This document shows, in pieces, positions 1 to 9,323 of a stretch of DNA of 64,000 nucleotides (position 1 is its first letter; each line of letters opens with the position of its first letter). The stretch is taken from the NCBI GenBank assembly GCA_963702005.1, contig OY969696.1, positions 3,392,001 through 3,456,000 of the forward strand, given 5' to 3'. Both the position numbers and the translations under genes were made by a program. The notes under the pieces are model-generated. The model did not search any database and was not told the DNA's origin. It worked only from the letters and a program-made list of their open reading frames with translations. Source of the DNA: Candidatus Aminicenantes bacterium. Its GTDB lineage: Bacteria > Acidobacteriota > Aminicenantia > Aminicenantales > JAFGBC01.

Positions 1-1
1 A

Positions 2-1273
2 TCCCTGAACGTAAAAAATCAATTCGGGAATATCACCGTCGCCCGCGTCAGCGGCCGGATCGTATTGAACAACGAGTCCGGACAGCTCCAGGTCGAGAAC
101 TGCGGCGGCGAGCTCAAACTGGATAACAGCTTCGGAGCGGTCAGGGTGACGGGCTTCAAGGGGCCGGTCGACATCCGCAACGAGAGCGGAGAGGTCCGGG
201 CGGAAAACATCGCCGGCCGGGCCGGCATTCGGAACAGCTTCAAGGACGTCCAGTTCCAGAAGATCGACGGGCCGCTCGTCGTGACGTCGGAAAGCGCCGG
301 CGTCACGGGGTCCGATGTCGGCGGGGACTGCCGGATCACGTCGTCCTTCAAGGTCATCGACGTTCGGGGCGTGCGCGGCAAACTCGAAGTCAACGGCGAG
401 AGCTCCGAAGTGACCGTGGACGACGTGTCCAAGGACGCCGTCATCGACAGCAGCTTCAAACCGGTTAAGGCGACGAACATTAAGGGCGGGCTGAGGCTGA
501 CCTCCGAATCCGCGGCCGTAACGGCCAAGGGGATCGAGGGCGACGCCTGGATCAAGAGCTCGTTCCAGACGATCTCGGTCACGCGGGTCAAGGGCCACCT
601 GACGGTGGAGGGCGAATCTTCGGCCGTGACGCTCCGCGATATCGGCGGGGACGCGGCGGTCAAGTCCTCCTTCAAGGACGTCGTCGCGGCCGGAGTCGGC
701 GGATCGCTTGAGGTCAGGTCCGAGTCGGCCAAGGTCGTCGCCTCCGACGTCGTAAAGGGAGCGTCGATCGTGACCTCGTTCAACGGCGTCGAAGCCCATC
801 GAATCGGCGGCAACCTGACGGTCGAGGGGGAATCTTCGAGCGTCCTGGCCGAGGACATCGGCGGCGCCGTCGATATCAAGAACTCCTTCAAGAATGTCAT
901 CCTGCGGCGGACGTCGGGATCGATCACGGTCCTGGGCGAATCGAGTGCGGTTGACGTCGACGTGATCAAGGCCCTGCCCGCAGGGAGCCTCATCGATATC
1001 AAGACCTCTTTCAAGCCGATCCACCTGACCCTTCCCGCGGCGACAGAGGTCGAGGGCACGGCTAAGACGGAGTTTGGAAAAATCACCACGGATTTTCCGG
1101 TCTTCCTCAGGGACTCCGGCAGCTTCGAAGGACAAGCCGTCAGCTTCAGCAGTCTCAAGGAAGGAGTCTCGCCCAAGGTCGAAACATTCGCCGATATCAC
1201 GCTCCGCACCCGCAAGGGAGGAGTCTGGCTCAAGCTCGAAACATCGGCCGACATCACGATCAAGAAAGAATAA
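2..1273 (+). CDS. DUF4097-like / putative adhesin beta-solenoid repeat protein (5' partial)
   Basis: Frame is open from the window edge (SLNVKNQFGNITVARVSG...). About 22-aa repeats alternate ...SSFKxVxxxxVxG and ...GESSxVxxxDIGG. Confidence 0.75.
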   Translation, partial: SLNVKNQFGNITVARVSGRIVLNNESGQLQVENCGGELKLDNSFGAVRVTGFKGPVDIRNESGEVRAENIAGRAGIRNSFKDVQFQKIDGPLVVTSESAGVTGSDVGGDCRITSSFKVIDVRGVRGKLEVNGESSEVTVDDVSKDAVIDSSFKPVKATNIKGGLRLTSESAAVTAKGIEGDAWIKSSFQTISVTRVKGHLTVEGESSAVTLRDIGGDAAVKSSFKDVVAAGVGGSLEVRSESAKVVASDVVKGASIVTSFNGVEAHRIGGNLTVEGESSSVLAEDIGGAVDIKNSFKNVILRRTSGSITVLGESSAVDVDVIKALPAGSLIDIKTSFKPIHLTLPAATEVEGTAKTEFGKITTDFPVFLRDSGSFEGQAVSFSSLKEGVSPKVETFADITLRTRKGGVWLKLETSADITIKKE

Positions 1274-1374
1274 AGAATAAGGGGGACGGTCTGCGGCCCT
1301 GCCAGAGATCTGCGGCTCTGCCCGGGGGTTGACTCCCTCCTAGAGGAGCGCCTTAAAAAAGAAAACGGTTCTCT

Positions 1375-1404
1375 TTGACAGTCGGCGCTTCCATGAATTA
1401 AAAT
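1375..1404 (+). promoter_or_regulatory. Sigma70-type promoter TTGACA-N18-TAAAAT
   Basis: TTGACA 1375-1380, TAAAAT 1399-1404, followed by AGGAGG and ATG at 1427. Confidence 0.55.
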
Positions 1405-1426
1405 GCGTTCACCAGGAGGGATATCC

Positions 1427-3421
1427 ATGAAAAAACATAGCGTCTTGTTGGCCTTGATCATCGTCTTTGCGGCCTTTGCCCTATCGGGTTTTGGACTGGG
1501 CCGGGCCGAATCTCCCGATCGCGCCGCAAGTTGGAAGCCGCTCGGCCCCGAGGGGGGAATTATCGTAACCTTGCAGGCCGCCAAAAACGATCCCAACGAC
1601 ATCATCGCGGCGGTCCTAACTTACTATGACGGGCCCAATTTCTTCTACCAGACTCGCGATGGAGGAGGCTCCTGGCAGAAGATCGGCAAAGTGGACGGCA
1701 ATATCTATGACGCCAAGCGCTCGCCTTCCAATCCTTCACTCCTCTATGCGCTGGGCCGAGACCGGTTCCATAGGTCCACGGACCGCGGGAAGACCTGGAC
1801 GTCCGTGCTTTTTGATAGAAAATTCTACACGTTCGGCGATATCGCCATCGACCCGCGGACGCCGAGCCGAATCTATCTTTCGGGAAGCTACACCTATAAA
1901 TCCTATTACTCGTGCATGGCCGTTGCCAAGTCCGGCGACGGCGGGGCGAACTGGACCTATTATCAGGTCTTTCCGACCTCGAACACGGGCCAAGCTTATC
2001 CGATCGCCCTCGACCCCCTCACGCCGACGACCGTCTATCTGGGCGGGTATAGCTACTCCTCCGGCGCCACCAAAAATTATGTCTGCAAGAGCAGCGACGG
2101 CGGCGCGACCTGGACGGACATCTCCGGATCGTTCTCGGATATGCCCAGAACCATCGTGATCGATCCCGTGAACCCCAAGAATGTCTATGTCGGGTGGGAC
2201 AGGGCCCTCTACAGGACAACGAACGGCGGCAGGACCTGGCTGAAAGCGCCCTCGAAATATTATGCTTACGCGCTGGCCATCGACCCGGCCGACCCGAAAA
2301 CCGTCTACTCCGGCGCCAATGACCAGATCTTCAAGACGACCGACGGCGGCAAGACCTGGAAAACGTATTCAAACGGATTCCTGGGCATAGCCCTCTGCTT
2401 CACATTCCTGCCCAACGGGCTGCTGGCCGGGACGAACTGCGGTATCAACGCCAGCTCGGACGGCGGCGTCACCTGGCGCTCCTCCTATTCGGGAATCGCC
2501 CAGGCTCAGACCTCGGCGGTCGCGGTCGCTCCATCCGCCCCGCAGACTATCTACACGGCCGTCGATGGCGCCGGCCCGTTCCGCAGCGCGGACGGCGGAT
2601 CCAGCTGGGTCATGACTCACGGCATCCGCCGGAGCGCGATGAGCGATATTCTCGAAATCGCCGTCAGCCCGAAAGACCCCAATATCCTTTACGCGGTCTA
2701 TTTTGAAGAGGACTACGAAGGGCCCCGCCTCTATCGCAGCGTGAACGCCGGCAATACCTGGACCAGCATTTTGAAATCCCCCGTCTCTCATGTCCAAGCC
2801 CATAGCAAGAGTCCCGGCTATGTCTATACGGTCGGCACGACCAAGTCCAGCGGCAAGACCGTGATCGCCCTCTACGCCTCTCTGGACGGCGGCGACCATT
2901 GGATCATAAGCCCCGTCCCGAACAGCTGGGGGAGTTACCCCTATTCCTTTGCCTGTCATCCGACCGATCCCAAAACGGTCTACATCGCGGGCGTCCGCAC
3001 GGACAACTACCGAAGCTTCATTGCCAAGACGACCGACCTGGGGGCCACCTGGACCCTGATGAGCTACAGCAGCCATTCCTACGACTATCCCGATACGATC
3101 GCCGTGGATCCCAACAATCCGAAACGGATTCTGGTCGGAACCTGGCGCGGAATCTACCGGAGCGAGGACGACGGAAAGACTTGGTCCCTGAAGGGTGTCA
3201 GCAAGAATGCCAGGACCATTCTGTTCGACCCCGCGACGCCGGGCGCCGTTTACCTCGGATGGTCGAACGGCGTCATGCGCAGTCTCGACGGCGGGAGGAA
3301 CTGGCAGACGTTCAATCAAGGCCTGATGGTCCTCTATGTCAACGGCCTGGCGCTGGATTCGGCCGGGAAAATCCTCTATGCGGCGACCATGGGAGGCGGC
3401 ATCTGCAAGAGGAACCTCTAA
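1427..3421 (+). CDS. Secreted BNR/Asp-box repeat beta-propeller protein (VPS10/GH74-like fold), paralogue 1
   Basis: Signal peptide MKKHSVLLALII..., more than 12 S/T-x-D-G-G-x-T/S-W Asp-boxes, RBS AGGAGG before ATG 1427. Confidence 0.85.
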   Translation: MKKHSVLLALIIVFAAFALSGFGLGRAESPDRAASWKPLGPEGGIIVTLQAAKNDPNDIIAAVLTYYDGPNFFYQTRDGGGSWQKIGKVDGNIYDAKRSPSNPSLLYALGRDRFHRSTDRGKTWTSVLFDRKFYTFGDIAIDPRTPSRIYLSGSYTYKSYYSCMAVAKSGDGGANWTYYQVFPTSNTGQAYPIALDPLTPTTVYLGGYSYSSGATKNYVCKSSDGGATWTDISGSFSDMPRTIVIDPVNPKNVYVGWDRALYRTTNGGRTWLKAPSKYYAYALAIDPADPKTVYSGANDQIFKTTDGGKTWKTYSNGFLGIALCFTFLPNGLLAGTNCGINASSDGGVTWRSSYSGIAQAQTSAVAVAPSAPQTIYTAVDGAGPFRSADGGSSWVMTHGIRRSAMSDILEIAVSPKDPNILYAVYFEEDYEGPRLYRSVNAGNTWTSILKSPVSHVQAHSKSPGYVYTVGTTKSSGKTVIALYASLDGGDHWIISPVPNSWGSYPYSFACHPTDPKTVYIAGVRTDNYRSFIAKTTDLGATWTLMSYSSHSYDYPDTIAVDPNNPKRILVGTWRGIYRSEDDGKTWSLKGVSKNARTILFDPATPGAVYLGWSNGVMRSLDGGRNWQTFNQGLMVLYVNGLALDSAGKILYAATMGGGICKRNL

Positions 3422-3458
3422 GCGCTGCGGGGACCGAACTGAAACCGCCTTCGCTTTT

Positions 3459-3488
3459 TTGACACTCGTCCTCGACTTTAATTAAGAT
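3459..3488 (+). promoter_or_regulatory. Sigma70-type promoter TTGACA-N18-TAAGAT
   Basis: TTGACA 3459-3464, TAAGAT 3483-3488, same architecture as the paralogue 1 promoter. Confidence 0.55.
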
Positions 3489-3509
3489 AGTCCTTAGAGG
3501 TGGATGTCC

Positions 3510-5498
3510 ATGAAAAAAACGGTCGTCTTTTCGGCCCTGGTCCTCGCCGGAACGTTGGCCCTGTTCGGGCTCCAGCCGGTCCGGCAGAAATCCCCCGACG
3601 GCGCCGCGGGCTGGAAGCCGATCGGGCCCCAGGGTGGGGACGTCGCCGCCCTGGCGGCTTCTCATCAGAATCCCAAGGATATTCTGGCGGCGGTGGAAAC
3701 GGGTTGGTACGGCCCCTCTTTCGTTTTCAGGTCTCTCGACGCGGGGGCGTCCTGGTCCAAGATCGCCAAGCTGGACAAGCTGCTGTTCGACCTGAAGCGG
3801 GCGCCCTCCGACCCATCCCTCGTTTATGGAATCTCCAGGGACCGGTTCTACAGATCCGCGGATAACGGAAAGACCTGGACGACGGCCGTCTTCGAGCGAA
3901 GATTCTACACGTACGGGGAGATCGCCGTCGATCCCCGCGCGCCCAACCGGATTTATATTTCCGGCTCCTATAATTACAAATCCTACAAAACGTGCATGGC
4001 CGTCGCCAAATCCAACGACGGCGGGACGACCTGGACGATCCAGCAGGTCTTCCCGACCTCCGACACGGCCCAGGCCTACGGGATCGCCCTCGACCCCCTC
4101 AAGCCGACGACCATCTATCTGGGCGGATACGCCCAGATCTCCGGCGATACCAAGAGTTATTTCTGCAAAAGCACGGACGGCGGCGCCGGCTGGACTGATC
4201 TCTCCGGCTCGATCACGGACATGCCGATCGCGATCGCCGTCGATCCGCTCCATCCGAAGACGATCTATGTCGGCGCCGAGCTCGGCCTGTTCAAGACGAC
4301 CGACGGCGGCCAATCCTGGACGAAGTACCCGTCGAAGTACTACGCCTACTGTCTGACCATCGATCCGGACAATCCGAAGATCGTCTATGCCGGCGCCGGG
4401 GCCCGGATCTTTAAAACGACCGACGGCGGCGCCTCCTGGAAAACCCTCTCGACGGGTCTCAGCGGCAGCGTCTTGAGCATCGTCCTCCCGCCCTCCGGCC
4501 CGCTGGCCGCGACGAGCTGCGGGATCTCCGCCAGCGCCGACGGCGGACAAACGTGGCGCGCCTCTCAGACCGGAATTGAGCAGGCCCAGACCTCGACCGT
4601 CGCGGTCGCGCCGTCCGCCCCGCAGACGATCTACACCGCTCTCGATGGCGGCGGGCCGTTCCGGAGCCGGGACGGGGGCGCCAGCTGGGTCCCGGGCCGC
4701 GGGCTGGGCGAGGGCATTTACAATTACATCGAGAGCCTCGCCGTCCGTCCCGACGCGCCCGACGTCCTCTACGCGGTCTATGCGGGGGAAACGGCCGGCA
4801 GTGGCCTCTACCGCAGCTTGAACGGCGGGGACTCCTGGGCCAAGGTCACGAATATCGGAATCCGCAAGATCGCGGTTCAAAAACGGTTCCCCGAAAACGT
4901 GATCGCCATCGCTTCGGTCAAGGTCGACGGCAAGTGGGTCATGGCCCTCTGCGTCTCCCAAGACGGCGGCGACCATTGGACGACGCATCCGGTCCCGGAC
5001 GATTGGGCCAGTTCACCTTATTCCCTGGCCTGTCATCCGACCAACCCCGATATCATCTATCTGGGAGGCGCCCGCGGGGATAACGGCCGCGGAATCATCT
5101 TCCGGACGACCGACGGGGGAGAAACCTGGACTTTGATCAGCTACACCGGCCATTACAGCGATTATCCCTACGCGATGGCCGTCGACCCCAACGCGCCGAG
5201 CCGGATCATCGTCGGAACCCAGCGCGGCATCTACCGGAGCGAGAACGGCGGCCAGACCTGGTCCCTGCGCGGGATCGGCAAGGCCGCCTCGAGCGTCGTC
5301 TTCGACCCCAAGCTGCCGGGAGCGGTTTATCTGGGCTGGTCGAACGGCGTCCTGCGCAGCCTGGATGGCGGGCGGAACTGGAAGCCCTTCAACCAGGGCC
5401 TGGAGGCCCTCTACATCACCGGCTTGGCAGTGGACTCTGACGGCCGGATCCTCTATGCCGCGACCGCGGGAGGCGGAGTCTGCGCGCGGAAACTCTAG
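3510..5498 (+). CDS. Secreted BNR/Asp-box repeat beta-propeller protein, paralogue 2 (tandem duplicate)
   Basis: Colinear with 1427..3421 over the full length, sharing e.g. CMAVAKS, QVFPTS, VAVAPSAPQTIYTA and PGAVYLGWSNGV. Alternative start at 3504. Confidence 0.85.
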   Translation: MKKTVVFSALVLAGTLALFGLQPVRQKSPDGAAGWKPIGPQGGDVAALAASHQNPKDILAAVETGWYGPSFVFRSLDAGASWSKIAKLDKLLFDLKRAPSDPSLVYGISRDRFYRSADNGKTWTTAVFERRFYTYGEIAVDPRAPNRIYISGSYNYKSYKTCMAVAKSNDGGTTWTIQQVFPTSDTAQAYGIALDPLKPTTIYLGGYAQISGDTKSYFCKSTDGGAGWTDLSGSITDMPIAIAVDPLHPKTIYVGAELGLFKTTDGGQSWTKYPSKYYAYCLTIDPDNPKIVYAGAGARIFKTTDGGASWKTLSTGLSGSVLSIVLPPSGPLAATSCGISASADGGQTWRASQTGIEQAQTSTVAVAPSAPQTIYTALDGGGPFRSRDGGASWVPGRGLGEGIYNYIESLAVRPDAPDVLYAVYAGETAGSGLYRSLNGGDSWAKVTNIGIRKIAVQKRFPENVIAIASVKVDGKWVMALCVSQDGGDHWTTHPVPDDWASSPYSLACHPTNPDIIYLGGARGDNGRGIIFRTTDGGETWTLISYTGHYSDYPYAMAVDPNAPSRIIVGTQRGIYRSENGGQTWSLRGIGKAASSVVFDPKLPGAVYLGWSNGVLRSLDGGRNWKPFNQGLEALYITGLAVDSDGRILYAATAGGGVCARKL

Positions 5499-5609
5499 CC
5501 CGGCCGGGGAAGGGTCCCTCGGATTGACAATCTTCGCCAGGGGATGATATCGTTATCAGGAGAGGGGTATTTTCCGTCGATCGGATAGACATCACCAGGG
5601 AGGTGGCTC

Positions 5610-6401
5610 ATGAACGCGACGGTCCAAAAAATCCTGGGCGTCCGGGCGCCGGAACTCCTGGCCATCGGCGTCTTTGAGGACTTGGGCGCGGACGACAAGA
5701 ACCGGAAATCGCTCGAGGCCAAGATCGGTGAGCTCACCGGCCGGGCCCAGAATCTGTCTTCGAGCGAGATCCTCTGGTCTCAGCTCCTGCCCTTGATAGC
5801 GAGGGCGCGGTCGGCCGCCGATCAAAAGAACTGGAGCGGGGCTTGGCAAGCCGTCACGGAAGCCTCGGTGCGCCTGAACCGGGCGATCGAGAGCGAGAAC
5901 CTCCGCCCCCTCCGGCTGAGGCTTCTCGTCGTCCCGGTCGTCTGGTGCCTCGTCCTTTACCTCGTCCAGGTCCTGCTCGGCTTCGTCCAGGCTCGCTACG
6001 GCATCCTCGGCTTCTTCAATCTGGGCTTTTTCCGCTATGTCTGGTTCGGCCTGTTGGGCGGGACGACGATCTTCCTGTGGGGCATCGTCAAGCATTCGAG
6101 CGAGATGAACTTCGACGGATCGTTCCTGATCTGGTACCTCCTCAAGCCCCTGCTCGGAGCCATCATGGGATCCGTCATCGTCCTGTTCGCGCTCGCGGGA
6201 TTCCTGGCCCTCAAGGGCGACGCGGCCGCCGCCGGCCGGACTCCCCTCTTGATTCTGGCCTTCATCGGAGGGTTCAGCGAACGCTTTTTCCTGAGGCTCG
6301 TCGACCGGGTCATCTCCTCGATCTTCGAAGGCGAGGGCAGCGCGGCGTCTCAGCTCGAGATCGGAGGCGGCAGCCCGACCGCTCCGGCCGGGGGTAAATA
6401 G
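5610..6401 (+). CDS. Hypothetical membrane protein (soluble helical N-terminus, ~4 TM helices, AFxxGFSERF motif)
   Basis: RBS GGGAGG, hydrophobic segments, upstream TTGACA-N18-TATCGT at 5524-5553. Confidence 0.75.
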   Translation: MNATVQKILGVRAPELLAIGVFEDLGADDKNRKSLEAKIGELTGRAQNLSSSEILWSQLLPLIARARSAADQKNWSGAWQAVTEASVRLNRAIESENLRPLRLRLLVVPVVWCLVLYLVQVLLGFVQARYGILGFFNLGFFRYVWFGLLGGTTIFLWGIVKHSSEMNFDGSFLIWYLLKPLLGAIMGSVIVLFALAGFLALKGDAAAAGRTPLLILAFIGGFSERFFLRLVDRVISSIFEGEGSAASQLEIGGGSPTAPAGGK

Positions 6402-6540
6402 GACGCCAAGCGGACGACACGGCGAATCCGGGCCCAACCGGCCGTTTTCCTTGAGCGCCCGCTTGCCAAAGCCGGGCGGGACGCTTATCATACCTTTTTC
6501 TTGACAAGTTCAAGAACAGCCCCGACAAGGATGGCGCGCG

Positions 6541-7731
6541 ATGAAATACGATTTCGACCGAATTCTCGACCGGCGGAACACCGGCTCCCTCAAGTGGGAT
6601 TACGCCGAGCGTGTCTTGGGAGTCAAGGACGCCATCCCGATGTGGGTTGCAGACATGGATTTCCCCGCCCCCCAGCTCATTATCGATGCCGTCAAGGCCC
6701 GGGCCGAGCACGGCGCCTACGGCTACCCGCTGACACCGCCATCCTATTGGACGGCCATCCAATCCTGGATGAAGACGCGGCACAACTGGGACGTTCGGAA
6801 GGAATGGCTCTCGAAATCGCCCGGCGTCGTCCCGGCCCTAAGCCTGTGCGTTACGGCCTTCAGCCACCCCGGCGACAAGGTCGTCGTCCAAACGCCGGTC
6901 TATTATCCTTTCTACTCGGCCATCAAGCACAACGGCCGGCGCATCGTCCGCAACCCGCTCAAGATCGAGAACGGCCGCTTCGTCATGGACTTCGAGGACC
7001 TGGAGCGGAAGATCGATTCCCGGACCCGCCTCCTCATCCTGTGCAGCCCTCACAACCCGGTCGGCCGGGTCTGGCGTCCCGAGGAGCTCGTCCGCCTGGC
7101 CGAGATCTGCGTCCAGAAGGACCTCCTGATCGTTTCGGACGAGATCCACGCCGACCTCGTCTTCAGCGGCGCCAAGCACATTCCGCTGGCGACCCTGGCC
7201 GAGGAAATCGCGAAGAGGACGGTGACTCTGACGGCGCCCTCCAAGACGTTCAATACCGCCGGGCTGGCGACGGCGGTCGTTATCGCCTCCAATCCTAGGC
7301 TTCTGAACCTGTTCAACATCGAAGCGTCCAACGCCGGCCTCGCCTTGGGCAACATTTTCGGAATCATCGCCCTGGAAGCGGCCTATACGTACGGGGCCGA
7401 ATGGCTCGACCAGCTCCTCCCCTACCTCGAGGAAAACGTCGCCACCGTCCAGTCCTTCCTCGAGGCGCGGATTTCCAAAATCAAGCTCATCCGGCCCGAG
7501 GGCACCTTTCTGTCCCTCCTCGACTGCCGGGGACTCGGCCTGGACCCGAAAGCCCTGAACGACTTTTTCCTGCGCAAGGCCGGCGTCTATTTCGACGAGG
7601 GAACCCTGTTCGGCGACGAGCTGGCCGGGTTCGTGCGGATGAACTTCGGCGCGCCCCGCTCGGTCCTGATTCAAGCCCTGGAGCGGATCGAGCAGGCTGT
7701 CAACGGCCTAAGCCAACGGCCCCAACCTTGA
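6541..7731 (+). CDS. patB: MalY/PatB family PLP-dependent cystathionine beta-lyase / aminotransferase class I/II
   Basis: PMWVADMDF, LCSPHNPVGRVW, SDEIHADL and APSKTFN (PLP lysine) motifs. Promoter TTGCCA-N17-TATCAT at 6463-6491. Confidence 0.9.
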   Translation: MKYDFDRILDRRNTGSLKWDYAERVLGVKDAIPMWVADMDFPAPQLIIDAVKARAEHGAYGYPLTPPSYWTAIQSWMKTRHNWDVRKEWLSKSPGVVPALSLCVTAFSHPGDKVVVQTPVYYPFYSAIKHNGRRIVRNPLKIENGRFVMDFEDLERKIDSRTRLLILCSPHNPVGRVWRPEELVRLAEICVQKDLLIVSDEIHADLVFSGAKHIPLATLAEEIAKRTVTLTAPSKTFNTAGLATAVVIASNPRLLNLFNIEASNAGLALGNIFGIIALEAAYTYGAEWLDQLLPYLEENVATVQSFLEARISKIKLIRPEGTFLSLLDCRGLGLDPKALNDFFLRKAGVYFDEGTLFGDELAGFVRMNFGAPRSVLIQALERIEQAVNGLSQRPQP

Positions 7732-7798
7732 CTTGAACCTTGATTTGACGCAAGATTTGATTTGTCTCTTCACAGGGTACCAAAAGGAGGTAAATCGT

Positions 7799-9303
7799 AT
7801 GCCCTCAAAAAAGCTTTTATTCCGCGCGGTCCTGATCACGGCTTTCCTCGTCGCCCTGAGCCTCGCCGCCGGGGCCCAGTCGTTCGACGCGGTCAAGGCC
7901 CTGATCAAGACCCACACCCTGGGGAACGGCATGAAGTTCATCGTCTTCGAACGTCATGACGCTCCCGTCGTCTCCTTCCACGTCTACGCCGACGTCGGGT
8001 CCGCCAACGAATCCTACGGGATCACGGGCATCTCCCACATCCTCGAGCACATGGCCTTCAAGGGGACGACGACCGTCGGCACCAAGGACTACGCCGCCGA
8101 GTCCAAGGTTTTAGCCGAGGTCGACGCCGTCTACGACGAGCTCGCCCGGGAAAAAGCCCGGCCCGCCCCCGACGCCAAGAAGGTCGAGGAGCTCCAGGCC
8201 AAGTTCACCGACCTCGAGGCCAAGGCCAAGGAGTACGTCGTCAACAACGAGTACTTCGACATGATGATGCGCGAGGGCGACCAGGGCGTCAACGCCTACA
8301 CCTCGAACGACGCGACCCAGTACATCAACAGCCTGCCCTCGAACAGGGTCGAGTTCTGGATGGCCATGACCTCGGACCGCTTCCTGAACCCCGTCTTCCG
8401 GGAGTTCTTCAAGGAACGCGACGTCGTCATGGAGGAGCGCCGGCTCGGCCTGGAAACCCGTCCGATGGGAAAGCTCATGGAGGACTTCGATGGCGATCGC
8501 CTTCAAAGCCCACCCCTACCACCACGAGGTCGTCGGCCACATGTCCGATCTCCAGGCACTGACCCGCCGGGACACCAAGGCCTATTTCCGGAAGTTCTAC
8601 GGGCCCAGCAACCTGACCGTCGGGATCGTCGGCGACGTCAAGCCCGAGGAGGTCTTCAAGCTCGCCGATCTCTACTTCAGCCGCATCCCGAGCGAGCCCA
8701 AGCCCGAGGGCGTCCGGACCAAGGAGCCCGAGCAGTGGGGCGAACGCCGGGTCGCCGTCCAGGCCAAGTCCCAGCCCTATCTCCTGGTCGGCTACCACAT
8801 CCCTGATTCCAAGCAGCCGGACGCTCGGGCCATCGAGGCCCTGGCCAATATCCTCGGCCGGGGCCGGTCCTCGCGGCTCTACACCTCGCTGGTCAAGACC
8901 AAGAAGATCGCGATCGCCGCCCAGTCCTTCAGCGGATTCCCCGGCGATAAATTCCCCAACCTGATCGCCGTCATGGTCGTCCCGGCCGCCGGCAAGACGA
9001 CGGCCGAATGCCTGGCCGCCCTGGACGAGGAGATCGAGAAGATCAAGACGGCCTCGGTCAGCGAGGAAGAGCTGACCAAGTTCAAGCGGGCGACCATCAA
9101 AGACCTCTACGACCAGATGAAGGACAACGCGAACCTGGCCGCCATGCTGACCTACGCCGACGTCGTCCTGGGCGGCTTCGACAAGGCCTTCGAGCAGCTC
9201 GAAGCCGTCAAGGCCCTCAAGCGTCGACGACGTCAAGCGCGTCGCCGCGACCTATCTCATCGTCAAGAACAGGACGATCGGCGAGATCGTCCCTGAAAAA
9301 TAA
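7799..9303 (+). CDS. M16B (pitrilysin family) zinc peptidase, catalytic subunit; two +1 frameshifts (~8489, ~9220), probably sequencing errors
   Basis: HILEH (HxxEH), NAYTS, ERDVVMEERR. Continues in ORF 8490..9296 (HPYHHEVVG, SSRLY) and ends ...VDDVKRVAATYLIVKNRTIGEIVPEK* at 9303. Confidence 0.85.
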
Positions 9304-9323
9304 GGCGCGCCGAGAGGAACATC

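Noticed and set aside
1290-1322. Short direct repeat TCTGCGGCYCTGCC x2
   Set aside because: Only two GC-rich copies with no supporting context.
19-1605. Long antisense ORFs (also 3339..4988, 9252..10799, 33307..35175, 60086..61432 and others)
   Set aside because: These are shadow frames of high-GC coding genes, with no motifs or RBS, fully overlapping well-supported CDSs.
7799-9303. Programmed frameshifting or pseudogenisation of the M16 peptidase
   Set aside because: Both breaks are single extra bases with no slippery motif, and the same +1 pattern recurs in unrelated genes (55499-58146, ~63353). Uncorrected sequencing indels are more likely; read inspection would decide.
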